DNA of 64,000 nt. Origin: an uncultured Candidatus Rokubacteria bacterium (lineage in GTDB: Bacteria > Methylomirabilota > Methylomirabilia > Rokubacteriales > CSP1-6). Positions 1 to 9,208 of the stretch are shown one piece after another. Location: assembly GCA_963754315.1 (NCBI GenBank), contig CAVWFS010000018.1:160001-224000 (forward strand). The letters run 5' to 3'. The notes under the pieces are model-generated. The model was not told the origin of the DNA, ran no database searches, and saw only the letters and a list, made by a program, of their open reading frames with translations. The translations under genes were made by a program, and so were the position numbers. Within the stretch, counting starts at the first letter, position 1. Each line of letters begins with the position of its first letter.

Positions 1-914
1 TCGAGCTCGGCCAGGTCCCCACCCCCGCCGAGTTCGAACGGCGGCTGCGCACCGCCCTTCGCGATCCTACCCTCTCGGTCCTGCACTGGTCCGATGCCGC
101 CGCTGGCTACCTCGACGGGGCCGGTCGGCCGGCCGCGCTGCCAGCCGGAAAGGCCCGGGCGGTGACCTTGCTCGAGCGGCAGGGTCGACCCATGGCTGCC
201 CTCGTTCACGACCGCGCGGTCCTCGAGAATCCTGATCTTGTGAAGACCGTGACGGCGGCGGTCAGGCTGGCCCTCGAGAACCAGCGTCTGCGGGGTCAGA
301 TCGAAGCCCGAGCCAGCGAAGTGCGAACGTTGCCCAGAGGGTATGTGACCTTTCTGTTGACCGATATCGAAGGGTCGACTGACGTGCTGCACCGACTGGG
401 CGATCGGTACGCTGCCCTGCTGGCCGAAGTGCGTGCGATCATTCGAGGCCACGTCGATCGAGGAGGCGGGCGCGAGGTCGATGCGCGCGCGGACGAATTT
501 TTCGCGGTCTTCGATCGCGCTCCGGCCGCGCTGGAGGCAGCCCTGGCCATCGAGCGGAGCGTGCACGGACGGACGTGGCCCGCAAGCGTCGAGGTACGGC
601 TGCGCACGGGAATCCACAGCGGGCGGCCCTTGCTGACCGATACCGGCTACGTCGGCCTCGCCGTACACACAGCCGCCCGGATCTGCGCAGCCGCTCACGG
701 CGGCCAAATCCTGCTCTCGTCCGCGACGCGCCGGGCAGTGGGCCGCCACCAGCCGCCCGGTGTGCGACTCCGGAACCTGGGCCCGCACCGGTTCCGGGGC
801 TTGCGCGAGCCACAGGGACTCTTCCAGGTCGAGGCGCCCGACCTGAAGGCCCACTTCCCGCCGCTTCGGACGTTGGCCGTGGCGCGCGGTGATGGCGGGA
901 AGCGGCGCGGCTAG
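1..914 (+). CDS. Class III adenylate/guanylate cyclase with N-terminal sensor-like region (5' partial)
   Basis: Frame is open from base 3 (ELGQVPTPAEFERRLRTALRDPTL...). Cyclase motifs FLLTDIEGST, RADEFF, RTGIHSG, YVGLAVHTAARI, GGQILLS. Confidence 0.85.
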   Translation, partial: ELGQVPTPAEFERRLRTALRDPTLSVLHWSDAAAGYLDGAGRPAALPAGKARAVTLLERQGRPMAALVHDRAVLENPDLVKTVTAAVRLALENQRLRGQIEARASEVRTLPRGYVTFLLTDIEGSTDVLHRLGDRYAALLAEVRAIIRGHVDRGGGREVDARADEFFAVFDRAPAALEAALAIERSVHGRTWPASVEVRLRTGIHSGRPLLTDTGYVGLAVHTAARICAAAHGGQILLSSATRRAVGRHQPPGVRLRNLGPHRFRGLREPQGLFQVEAPDLKAHFPPLRTLAVARGDGGKRRG

Positions 915-932
915 CGCCGCGGGCGCGTCGGG

Positions 933-1382
933 TCAGCGCTTGCCCTTCACGGTCATGACGGGACAGGGCGCGCTGCCAACCACACGCTCGGCGACACTGC
1001 CCAGGAAGATCTTGGCCAGTCTGGAGCGACCGTGTGTTCCCATCACGATCAGGCTCGCGCGTCGGCTGCGGGCCGTGCGCACGATTTGCTCCGCCGCCAC
1101 TCCTTCCAGCAGGAGGCCCGACGCGCGGACGCCGGCCTTCTTGGCGGTCGCCACCAGCGCGTTCAGACGCCGCTGGGCGTCGACCTGGGTCGCTCTCATC
1201 AGCTCATCGTAAGTCCGCGCCGACATGTAACCGTCGCCGGCCAGGGGAATGATGGTGGCCTGGACATGGACAACGAGAAGCGGCGCCCGGTCCTTCTTCG
1301 CAGCCGCGATCGCCTGGGTGAAGGCTGGCCGAGAGGCGGGAGAGAAGTCGGAAGGATGGAGAATCGGGCGGGCTCGGCTCAT
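933..1382 (-). CDS. Universal stress protein
   Basis: ILHPSDFSPAS ... LIVMGTHGRS...LGSVAERVV...PCPVMTV. AAGGAG RBS before ATG at 1382. Confidence 0.92.
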   Translation of the reverse strand: MSRARPILHPSDFSPASRPAFTQAIAAAKKDRAPLLVVHVQATIIPLAGDGYMSARTYDELMRATQVDAQRRLNALVATAKKAGVRASGLLLEGVAAEQIVRTARSRRASLIVMGTHGRSRLAKIFLGSVAERVVGSAPCPVMTVKGKR

Positions 1383-1435
1383 GTCGTCACTCCTTGTTGT
1401 GGCCGCCTTCCTGTCCCGCGGCGCTGGGTGCGTTT

Positions 1436-2473
1436 TCAACCGCCGAAAACGGCACGGGCCGCCGCCAGCGCGCGCTCGACCTTCTCGGTGTTGACGTCGA
1501 GGTGGGTAACAGCGCGGATGGTACGGACGCCCATGGCGCCCATGCGAACGCCGCGCGCAAGCAGGGCCGCCACCGCGGCCGGTGCGTCGAGGGCCCCCGA
1601 GAGCTCGAAGATGACGATGTTGGTCTCAACCGTCGAGGGATCGAGCGCGATACCCGGCAGGGCGGCCAACCCGTCGGCCAAGCGACGCGCGTTGGCGTGG
1701 TCCTCGGCCAGCCGCTTGACGTGATGGCGCAGAGCGAAGAGGCCGCCGGCGGCGATGATTCCCGCCTGGCGCATCGCCCCGCCCATCTGCTGCTTGAGTC
1801 GCCAGGCATCGGCAATGAAGTCGCGCGAACCGGCAAGGGCGGCTCCCACCGGGGCCCCCAGACCCTTGGTGAAGTCGATCCACACCGAGTCGAAGGACGC
1901 CGCATAGTCGCAGGCCGCGGTGCCGCTCGCCACGACCGCGTTCATGAGTCGCGCCCCGTCGAGATGCGTCCGCAGACCGCGCTGGCGCCCGGCGTCGGTG
2001 ACGGCCGCGATGCGGGCGAGCGGCCAGACGGACCCACCCCCCAGATTGCTCGTCTGCTCCACCCAGAGAAGGCGGCTGCGTGGCATGTAGCGGCTCTCGG
2101 GACGGATGGCTGCGCGCACCGCGTCGGCGTCGTACTGGCCGCGCGGGCCGTCGAGTGCGCTCACATTCACGCCAGCCAGCGCCGCCGGACCGCCCCCCTC
2201 GAAGTGGATGGGGTGGGCCGTTCGGTGCGCGAGCATTTCGTCACCAGGCCGGCAGTGCACGCGCAGCGCGATCTCGTTGCACATGGTGCCGGATGGAAGG
2301 AAAAGGGCGGCTTCCTTGCCCAGCAACTCGGCCACTGACTCCTGAAGTATGTTGACCGTCGGATCCTCGAATTTCTGCTCGTCACCAACCTCGGCTTCGC
2401 ACATGAACTCGCGCATGGCACGGGTCGGGCGGGTCACGGTGTCGCTGTAGAGATCGACCTCAATCACCGCCAT
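1436..2473 (-). CDS. ltaE: Low-specificity L-threonine aldolase
   Basis: DLYSDTVTRPT, VGDE, PSGTMCN, HLDGARLMNA, FTKGLGAPVG (PLP Lys), GGAMRQAG. Confidence 0.88.
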   Translation of the reverse strand: MAVIEVDLYSDTVTRPTRAMREFMCEAEVGDEQKFEDPTVNILQESVAELLGKEAALFLPSGTMCNEIALRVHCRPGDEMLAHRTAHPIHFEGGGPAALAGVNVSALDGPRGQYDADAVRAAIRPESRYMPRSRLLWVEQTSNLGGGSVWPLARIAAVTDAGRQRGLRTHLDGARLMNAVVASGTAACDYAASFDSVWIDFTKGLGAPVGAALAGSRDFIADAWRLKQQMGGAMRQAGIIAAGGLFALRHHVKRLAEDHANARRLADGLAALPGIALDPSTVETNIVIFELSGALDAPAAVAALLARGVRMGAMGVRTIRAVTHLDVNTEKVERALAAARAVFGG

Positions 2474-2502
2474 GGAGGATCTCCCCTTGGGGCTTGCAGT
2501 TC

Positions 2503-3554
2503 TCAGAGCCCGAGGCGCTGCCGCACATAGTCGCCGATTTCGAGGGTGCAGGCGAGACCCTGCGGGATCGCCTTCGTAAGGGACACGAAGGCATGGATCT
2601 GGCCCGGATATTCGCGATAGACGACCTCGACTCCCGCCGCTCGCAGCCGATCGGCGTAGGCACGTCCTTCGTCCCGTAGTGGATCGAAGCCAGCGGTAAT
2701 CACGAGCGCGGCCGGCTGACCACGCAAATCGGCCGCACGAAGCGGCGACGCACGGAGGTCGGTGCGATCAGCATCGCTGCGCAGGTACTGCTGCATGTAC
2801 CAGGTGATCCGATCGCGCGGGATGACGTGGCCGTCCGCGAGCTCGCGATGCGACACGGTGTCGAGGGCGAAGTCGACCGCGGGATAGATGAGCACCTGGC
2901 AGGTGGGCGGCGCCCCACCTGCACTCACGGCCTGCTGCGACACCACGGCGGCGAGGTTTCCGCCGGCCGAGTCGCCGGCCACCGCCACCCGCGAGGGGTC
3001 GGCCCCGATCTCCTGGCCGTGCGTCAGCAGCCAGCCGTAAGCGGCGAGCGCGTCCTCGACGGCCGCGGGAAACTTATGTTCGGGGGCGAGCCGGTAGTCC
3101 ACCGCCACCACGAGGGCGCCTGAGCGCTGCGCAAGCCGCGCGCAGAGGCCGTGGTGGGTTTGCAGATCACCTTGGACCCAGCCCCCGCCGTGGAAGTACG
3201 CCACGACCGGCCGCGCGGCGGCCACCTTGCCTGGTACCCCGGTCGGGTCGTACACGCGAGCGGAATCGGTCCTGCCGGACCGGGAATCTGGATGTCCTCG
3301 AGCCGTGGCAGCGCCGGCGCCGGCTCATCCATCAGGGTCACCATGGTGCGCAGTTGCTGGCGCAACTCGGGCAGCGGTGGAAAGTAACCGGGCTGGCGGA
3401 TGGACTTGACGAACTCACCCACGATCTGGGCCTTCGGGTCCATCGTGCGGGGACCCCGACTGATGCGATGCCCGTCGAGAAAGCGCAACGCTTCCTCCTC
3501 ACTCATCGCCGTGTGGGCTAACTCCAGGGTCGGGGGGTGGCTCTGCTCGCTCAT
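2503..3554 (-). pseudogene. HSL/GDXG-family esterase split by a 1-bp frameshift near 3261 (pseudogene or sequencing error)
   Basis: N-terminal ORF 3554-> ...IPGPAGPIP joins ORF ...RVYDP...YFHGGGW...GDSAGG...DPLRDEG...HAF. One inserted G restores PIPARVYD. Confidence 0.8.
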
Positions 3555-3623
3555 GCCGCGTCCCTCCAGATGACCAGAACCTGATGGCCGGCGGGCTCGG
3601 GCCTTACCAGCCGCGCCCGCGTC

Positions 3624-4112
3624 CTACTTCAAGGCGTCGATCCCAGCCTGACCGATCTGGGCGTCTTGCTGCGAGGTGACCCCCGATACCCCGATGCCGC
3701 CGATGACCTTGCCGTCTGCCATGATTGGAATGCCGCCCTCGAGCATGCTGGCCCCCGAGACGTTCAGGAGCCGGAGGTTGGCCCCTCCTTGGCCGATGAG
3801 ATCCTGGAATACCTTGGTCGGCCTGCGAAAGGCGACCGCCGAGCGGGCCTTGTCCTTGGCTACATCGATGCTGCCCCACTGGGCACCGTCCAGGCGATTG
3901 AGCATCACGACGTGACCACCCGAGTCGAGAATGGCGATGACAACGGGCCAGTTGTTCTTCTTCGCCTCGGCTTCGGCCCCCGTCATCACTTTCTTGGCCT
4001 GCTCGAGGGTGATCGCAGGACCGTAGGCCGGCGGTGCCTGGGCGCTGGCCACACTGGTCGCAGAAACCAGCGCGATACCGATGATCAAGGACACGAGGCG
4101 TGCTGTCGTCAT
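3624..4112 (-). CDS. GlcG/HbpS-family heme-binding protein with signal peptide
   Basis: VVIAILDSGG, KARSAVAFRRPT, GGIPI...IGGIGVSG...QDAQI. Hydrophobic leader ending ASA. AAGGAGG RBS. Confidence 0.88.
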   Translation of the reverse strand: MTTARLVSLIIGIALVSATSVASAQAPPAYGPAITLEQAKKVMTGAEAEAKKNNWPVVIAILDSGGHVVMLNRLDGAQWGSIDVAKDKARSAVAFRRPTKVFQDLIGQGGANLRLLNVSGASMLEGGIPIMADGKVIGGIGVSGVTSQQDAQIGQAGIDALK

Positions 4113-4147
4113 TGCGTTCCTCCTTGAGGGCCGGGGCGCCCCCACGA

Positions 4148-5194
4148 TCATAGCTTGGGCATGACGCGTTCGGCGAAGAGGCGCATCGTGCCCTCCACCG
4201 CCGGTCGCGGCAGCCGCGAGCCCTGGTCGAACCAGCAGATGATCTGCGAGAGCCCAAACTCGTCCCGCGCCGCTACCAGCCGGTCGAGCACTTCGGCAGG
4301 GTCGCCGAACACCGCCTGATCGCGACAGAAGCGTTCATAGGGAAGGCGGGTCACGTTCTCCTCGATCGCGCGCAGGCGCGGTAGGTGCTCGCCATAGGAG
4401 TCCGGCAATTGGGCAAAGATGGTCTGGAGATTCCGATAGTACTGGTGCACGCCCGCCCGCATTGTGTCCCGGGCGCCGACCCCGGTGGATCCCACGTGGA
4501 CGGGTAGCATCAAGGCCATCTGGTCACTCTGCCACCGGTGTCCGGCGCCCTCGAGGTGCGCTCGATACAGTGCCATGTACTCGCGCAGCTGGGGCAGGGG
4601 TGTAGTCGTCGTGCCCGAGTAGATGGGCAGCCCCTGGGCGCCGATGTGGACGAAGCTCTCCGCCGTGTGAACGGCAACTCGGATAGGCGGGTGAGGGCGC
4701 TGGAGCGGTCTCGGCACGACCTCGAGGTTCTCGACCTGGTAGAACGTGCCCTGGTAGCTGAAGCGCTCGCGCGTCCACGCCAGCCGAATGATCTCCAGCG
4801 CCTCGTCGAAACGCGCGCGATTCTCAGCCAGTGGAATACCAAAGCCGTGGAACTGCGTCGGGATGGACCCCCGGCCTACCCCGAACTCCAGCCGACCACC
4901 CGAGAGGACGTCGGCGGTGGCCGCCTGCTCCGCCAAGGTCAGCGGATGGTGCAGCGGCAGCAGAGTCACGGCCGTGCCAATGCGTATCCGCTGGGTACGC
5001 GCGGCGATCAGGGGCACCATCATCAGCGGATTCGACAGCAGTGAGAAGGCGCCGCCAAAGTGCAGCTCGGCCAGCCAGGCCACGTCGAACCCGAGCTCCT
5101 CCGCGTAGGCGATGAGCTCGAACATCTCCCCATAACGCTCGGCGTGCGTGTGCCCCGGCGCCGCCGGCGCCTGGAAGAAGAGACCAAACCTCAT
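4148..5194 (-). CDS. Luciferase-like (LLM) flavin-dependent oxidoreductase
   Basis: AEELGFDVAWLAELHF, IRIGTAVTLLPLHHP, SGGRLEFGVGRG, PRPLQRPHPP. Confidence 0.92.
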   Translation of the reverse strand: MRFGLFFQAPAAPGHTHAERYGEMFELIAYAEELGFDVAWLAELHFGGAFSLLSNPLMMVPLIAARTQRIRIGTAVTLLPLHHPLTLAEQAATADVLSGGRLEFGVGRGSIPTQFHGFGIPLAENRARFDEALEIIRLAWTRERFSYQGTFYQVENLEVVPRPLQRPHPPIRVAVHTAESFVHIGAQGLPIYSGTTTTPLPQLREYMALYRAHLEGAGHRWQSDQMALMLPVHVGSTGVGARDTMRAGVHQYYRNLQTIFAQLPDSYGEHLPRLRAIEENVTRLPYERFCRDQAVFGDPAEVLDRLVAARDEFGLSQIICWFDQGSRLPRPAVEGTMRLFAERVMPKL

Positions 5195-5248
5195 GGCGTG
5201 CCAGCATACGGAGGAAGAGGCCGCCGCGCCAGACCCACCGCGGCGCGG

Positions 5249-6007
5249 CTACTGCGCGAGGGCCCCTCCGTCGATGACCAGTTCGCTGCCCGTGACGTAT
5301 GACGAGTCGTCGGATGCGAGATAGAGGACGGCCGCCACGATCTCATCCACCGTGCCCATCCGACCTAGCGGTACGCGCTGCAGACGCCGCTGCAAGACCT
5401 CGCGATCCGGCATGGCGCTGTGGAGCATCTCAGTGTCGACGGGCCCTGGGTGCACGGAGTTGCAGCGGATCTTGTCCTTGGCGTGCTGGCTGGCCGTCAC
5501 TTTCGTGAAGATCCGGATGGCGCCTTTGCTGGCGGCGTAGGCGGGTTCCTGGTGCAGGGACTGTCCGATCCCCGCCACCGAGGAGATATTCACGATCGAG
5601 CCGCCGCCCGCTCGCCGCATGGCGGGAATGGCGTATTTGGTGCCCAGGAAGACCCCTTTGGCATTGACGGCCATCACCCGATCCCACTCGGCGGTCGTGC
5701 GCTCTTCGATGGGGACGCGCGGGATGACGATGGCGGCATTGTTGATGAGGATGTTCAGGGCCCCGTACCGATCGGTGGCAGTTCGCACGGCGCCCTGCCA
5801 GTCAGCCTCGCTGGTGACGTCGAGATGCACGTAGACGGCCTCGCCCCCGGCGGAGCGTATGGCAGCTTCGACTTTCTGGCCCTCGGCATCTCGGATGTCG
5901 CCGAAGACGACCTTCGCGCCTTCCCGGGCGAAGCTCGCCGCTTCGGCCGCCCCCTGGCCGCGGGCTCCGCCGCTGATCAACGCCACCTTTCCATTCAACT
6001 TTCCCAT
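5249..6007 (-). CDS. Short-chain dehydrogenase/reductase
   Basis: SGGARGQG, NNA, YAASK, VHPGPVDT, VTGSELVIDGG. Confidence 0.93.
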   Translation of the reverse strand: MGKLNGKVALISGGARGQGAAEAASFAREGAKVVFGDIRDAEGQKVEAAIRSAGGEAVYVHLDVTSEADWQGAVRTATDRYGALNILINNAAIVIPRVPIEERTTAEWDRVMAVNAKGVFLGTKYAIPAMRRAGGGSIVNISSVAGIGQSLHQEPAYAASKGAIRIFTKVTASQHAKDKIRCNSVHPGPVDTEMLHSAMPDREVLQRRLQRVPLGRMGTVDEIVAAVLYLASDDSSYVTGSELVIDGGALAQ

Positions 6008-6182
6008 GGCACTCTCCCCGCTGGGTGCGCCCTCATCGTGGACGACCCGCTCGGTCGACCCGAATCAGGCGCTCGACCCTGGACGATCATAGCCGATCGA
6101 CCGCCACCGCGACCTCGTTGACAGCCAGCGAGCGCCGTGCGAAAGACTCTCGCGAGACCGTCACCCCGAGGAGACATCGCCC

Positions 6183-7553
6183 ATGCTGGAAGAACCGACT
6201 TCGCTTCGGATCGAGGACCCTGGTGTGCGCGCACTGTTCACGGAAGCGGCCCGCTTCCAGTCCTGGCTCGACGTTGAGGCGGCGCTCGCGCAAGCGCAAG
6301 CCGAGCTGGGAGTCATCCCGGAGGCTGCCGCCCATGAGATTGCGGACAAGGCGCGGTTGGTGAACCTCGATTTGGAGGCTGTCCGGGCCGCACTTGCCCG
6401 CACCGGTCATCCCCTGGTCCCCTTGGTATGGGCGCTGGATCAAGCGTGCGTGGGTGAGGCGGGGGGCTATGTGCATTGGGGAGCCACGACCCAGAACATC
6501 ACCCAGACCGGCCAGCTGCTCCAGGTCCGGCGGGCTCACGACATTTTTCTTCGCCAGCTGGCCACGATCCTCACGACCCTGGCCGATCTCGCGGAACGGA
6601 CCAAGGACGTCTTGCTGCCCGGCCGCACCCATGGCCAGCACGCAGTCCCCGCCACCTTCGGCTTCAAAGTGGCGGTGTGGATCGATGAGCTGTGTCGACA
6701 CGTGGAGCGGTTGCGCGGCTGCCAACGACGCGTGTTCGTGGCCATGCTGGGCGGTGGCGCGGGGACGCTCGCCTCGCTGGGCGAACTCGGCCTGGCCACT
6801 CAGGACAAGATGGCGGCGCGCCTTGGCCTTCACGCCATGAGCCTGCCAGCCCGCACGATCGGCGATCACCAGGCCGAGTACGTCCTGCTCCTCGGCATGC
6901 TCGCCTCCACCGGCAGCAAGATCGGTCGCGAGATCTACACGCTGATGAAGCAGGAGTTCGGGGAGGTAGAAGAGCCGGTCCCGCCGGGCACGGTAGGAAG
7001 CAGCACCATGCCCCAGAAGCGCAACCCAAAGCTGTCCCAAGACATCATCGCCGCCGCAGCGCAGATCCGTGCCCTCGTCCCGCTGGCCCTGGAGGCCATG
7101 CAGACCGAGCACGAGGCTGACCGGACCACCAGCATCATGATGAGCCGGGCGCTCACTCAGGCCTGCGAGCTGACCGGTGACATGCTGCAGCGGTTGATGG
7201 TGCTGCTCGAGGGGCTGCAAGTATTTCCTCGGCGCATGCGCGAGAACCTCGATCTGTCGGGCGGGCTCATCATGGCCGAGGCACTCATGCTTGAGCTCGG
7301 AAAGCAGATCGGCCGGCAGCGGGCCCACGACGCCGTCTACGAGGCGGCGCAAGCCGCTGTCACCCAGGCGCGCCCGTTTCGCGACGCGCTGGCCGAAGAG
7401 CCGCACGTCAAAGCCCATCTCACGGCCTCCCAGATCGAGGCCTTGCTCGACCCCGCCCGGTACACCGGGTTGTGCAGTCAATTCGCCGAGAGGGCGGCCG
7501 CGTGCGGACGCGAGATCGCCACCGCCATCCGGGGATCGCAGAAAATGGCGTGA
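6183..7553 (+). CDS. Adenylosuccinate lyase / 3-carboxy-cis,cis-muconate cycloisomerase family (fumarase superfamily)
   Basis: VHWGATTQNI, GRTHGQHA, GSSTMPQKRNP signature. GAGGAG RBS. Confidence 0.88.
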   Translation: MLEEPTSLRIEDPGVRALFTEAARFQSWLDVEAALAQAQAELGVIPEAAAHEIADKARLVNLDLEAVRAALARTGHPLVPLVWALDQACVGEAGGYVHWGATTQNITQTGQLLQVRRAHDIFLRQLATILTTLADLAERTKDVLLPGRTHGQHAVPATFGFKVAVWIDELCRHVERLRGCQRRVFVAMLGGGAGTLASLGELGLATQDKMAARLGLHAMSLPARTIGDHQAEYVLLLGMLASTGSKIGREIYTLMKQEFGEVEEPVPPGTVGSSTMPQKRNPKLSQDIIAAAAQIRALVPLALEAMQTEHEADRTTSIMMSRALTQACELTGDMLQRLMVLLEGLQVFPRRMRENLDLSGGLIMAEALMLELGKQIGRQRAHDAVYEAAQAAVTQARPFRDALAEEPHVKAHLTASQIEALLDPARYTGLCSQFAERAAACGREIATAIRGSQKMA

Positions 7554-7664
7554 CGTTCGCGCTTGGGCCGCCGTCCAATGATTCACAGGGACTCTGCTCC
7601 TGACGGGTAGACCGAGAAGGGGAGCAGAAGCAAACTGGCCTCGCTACTTATTACTGGGGCGCTC

Positions 7665-8912
7665 TCAGATAGTCGGCGAGCCTGGATCGAGGCCGAGCAA
7701 CAGGCGCCCGGCCAGTTCGAAGTTGTCGGGTGCGACCCACACGTGAGCGGCGGCCGTGTGGGCGTCTCGCAGGCACCGATCCAGGCGGCTGACGGTATAG
7801 ATCGCGCTCGCACCGCCGAGACTGAACATGAGATCCACCGCCTGGACCGCGTTGGCCATGGCCTGCGCGATGGAAAGCCGGTAGAGCGCGCGCTGCCGGG
7901 CGGACAGTCGCTCTCCACGGGCGACCGTCTCCCAAGCGTCGCGGGTGGTGTCGCGCACGTAAGCGCGGCCAGAGCCGACGAGGGCCTCAGCCTGGGCGAC
8001 CTTGGCCTGGATCGTGGTTCGGGCCGCCAGGCGGCCCTCGGAGGCGTGCCACGTGGCCTCCTTGCCGCCCGCGAGGCTGATGAACTCCTCGACGGCCACG
8101 CGGGCGATGCCCAGCCCAACCGCAGCGTGGGCGACGTGAGTCCAGCCCTCGAACCGGTAGAGCGGTTGGGGACGGGGCCACTGGTCGATCACACCGTGCA
8201 CGCGTTCCTCGGGGATGAAGACGTCGCTGAGTGCCCAGTCGTGACTGCCCGTTCCCCGCATGCCAGTGGTGTCCCAGGTGTCGATGACCTGGGCCTCGCT
8301 GGCGGGCACGACGCAGCGCAGATAGATGGGGCGGCCATCGGGACCGAGGCGGGGCTGATCGCCATCGTAGAGATGACAGCCCACGTGGAGCCAGGCCGCG
8401 ATAAGGATGTTACTGCCCTGCGACCATCGTCCTGTGAGCCGATAGCCGCCTTGTGTAGGAATGGCCCGGCCGCGCGGCGGGCCCGAACCGGCCATGACCG
8501 CCTGGCGTGGAGACGTGAACAGCTCAGCGAGCAGAGTGTCGGGAAGGCCACGCACGGTGCCCGTCATGGTGCTGGTCGAGATCAGCACGCTCCAGGCAGC
8601 GGCGCTGTCGGCTTGCGCGAGCGCCTCGGTCACGTCGAAGTAGGTGAGCGGATCGATCTCGCCGCCCCCCAGCGCGCGGGGGAGAAACATGCGATAGAGG
8701 CCGGCCTCAACCATGGCCTGCACCAACGGCTCGGTCAATGAGCCTCCGCGTTCGACCTCATCCGACGCAGCCCGCAATCTCGGGGTGAGCGCGTCCACGG
8801 CAGCGAGCAGGTCACCCCGCTGGTAGCTCGGGCCGGTCAAGGGATGCGACGAGGGGGCGCCGTTGCTATCGGCGGTGGGCCGGAGCCCGGTGGCGCGGAT
8901 GCCAGGAGTCAT
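7665..8912 (-). CDS. Acyl-CoA-dehydrogenase-fold flavin-dependent monooxygenase (group D, HsaA/C2-like)
   Basis: GLYRMFLPRALGGGE, DSAAAW, WDTTGMRGTGSHD, GGASAIY...LDRCLRDAHT. Confidence 0.85.
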   Translation of the reverse strand: MTPGIRATGLRPTADSNGAPSSHPLTGPSYQRGDLLAAVDALTPRLRAASDEVERGGSLTEPLVQAMVEAGLYRMFLPRALGGGEIDPLTYFDVTEALAQADSAAAWSVLISTSTMTGTVRGLPDTLLAELFTSPRQAVMAGSGPPRGRAIPTQGGYRLTGRWSQGSNILIAAWLHVGCHLYDGDQPRLGPDGRPIYLRCVVPASEAQVIDTWDTTGMRGTGSHDWALSDVFIPEERVHGVIDQWPRPQPLYRFEGWTHVAHAAVGLGIARVAVEEFISLAGGKEATWHASEGRLAARTTIQAKVAQAEALVGSGRAYVRDTTRDAWETVARGERLSARQRALYRLSIAQAMANAVQAVDLMFSLGGASAIYTVSRLDRCLRDAHTAAAHVWVAPDNFELAGRLLLGLDPGSPTI

Positions 8913-9208
8913 GACTCAGGGCTGCTGCGCGGGAGCCGTGTCGGGCCGCGCAAGGGAGGACGGGGCACGGGAATCGGGAGTCCTCGAACCCAGGCCTGTC
9001 GTAGCAAGCGCCGACGTTCGCTCTCCAGCTTCTCGATGGCTTCCGCCGCCGAGACTGCCTCGGCCACGCAGCCCGGGAGCTCGGGGTACGTGGCGCGGCG
9101 CCACCATTCGCCCGCCCGCTCGATCGATTCGACCACGAGAAGGTAGGGCACCGCCTCGTAGAATTCTAGGCCGCGCGGCTCTTCCGGCGCCGATTCGTCG
9201 GTCGTCAC
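8909..9208 (-). CDS. Small HicB-like (RNase H-like fold) protein
   Basis: YLLVVES...WRRATYPELPGCVAEAVSAAEAIEKL...G.PIPVP matches the HicB N-terminal motif (P.LPGC...G.T..EA). GTGA and ATGA overlaps with both neighbours. Confidence 0.7.
   Translation of the reverse strand: MTTDESAPEEPRGLEFYEAVPYLLVVESIERAGEWWRRATYPELPGCVAEAVSAAEAIEKLESERRRLLRQAWVRGLPIPVPRPPLRGPTRLPRSSPES

Noticed and set aside
3240..3280. Programmed ribosomal frameshift
   Set aside because: No slippery heptamer or homopolymer; mutation or sequencing error is simpler.
6087..7586. 499-aa minus-strand ORF
   Set aside because: Antisense shadow of the lyase gene, with no motifs; typical of high-GC DNA.
8909..9208. Complete HicAB toxin-antitoxin system
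   Set aside because: No HicA-like ORF is adjacent; both neighbours are oxygenases.
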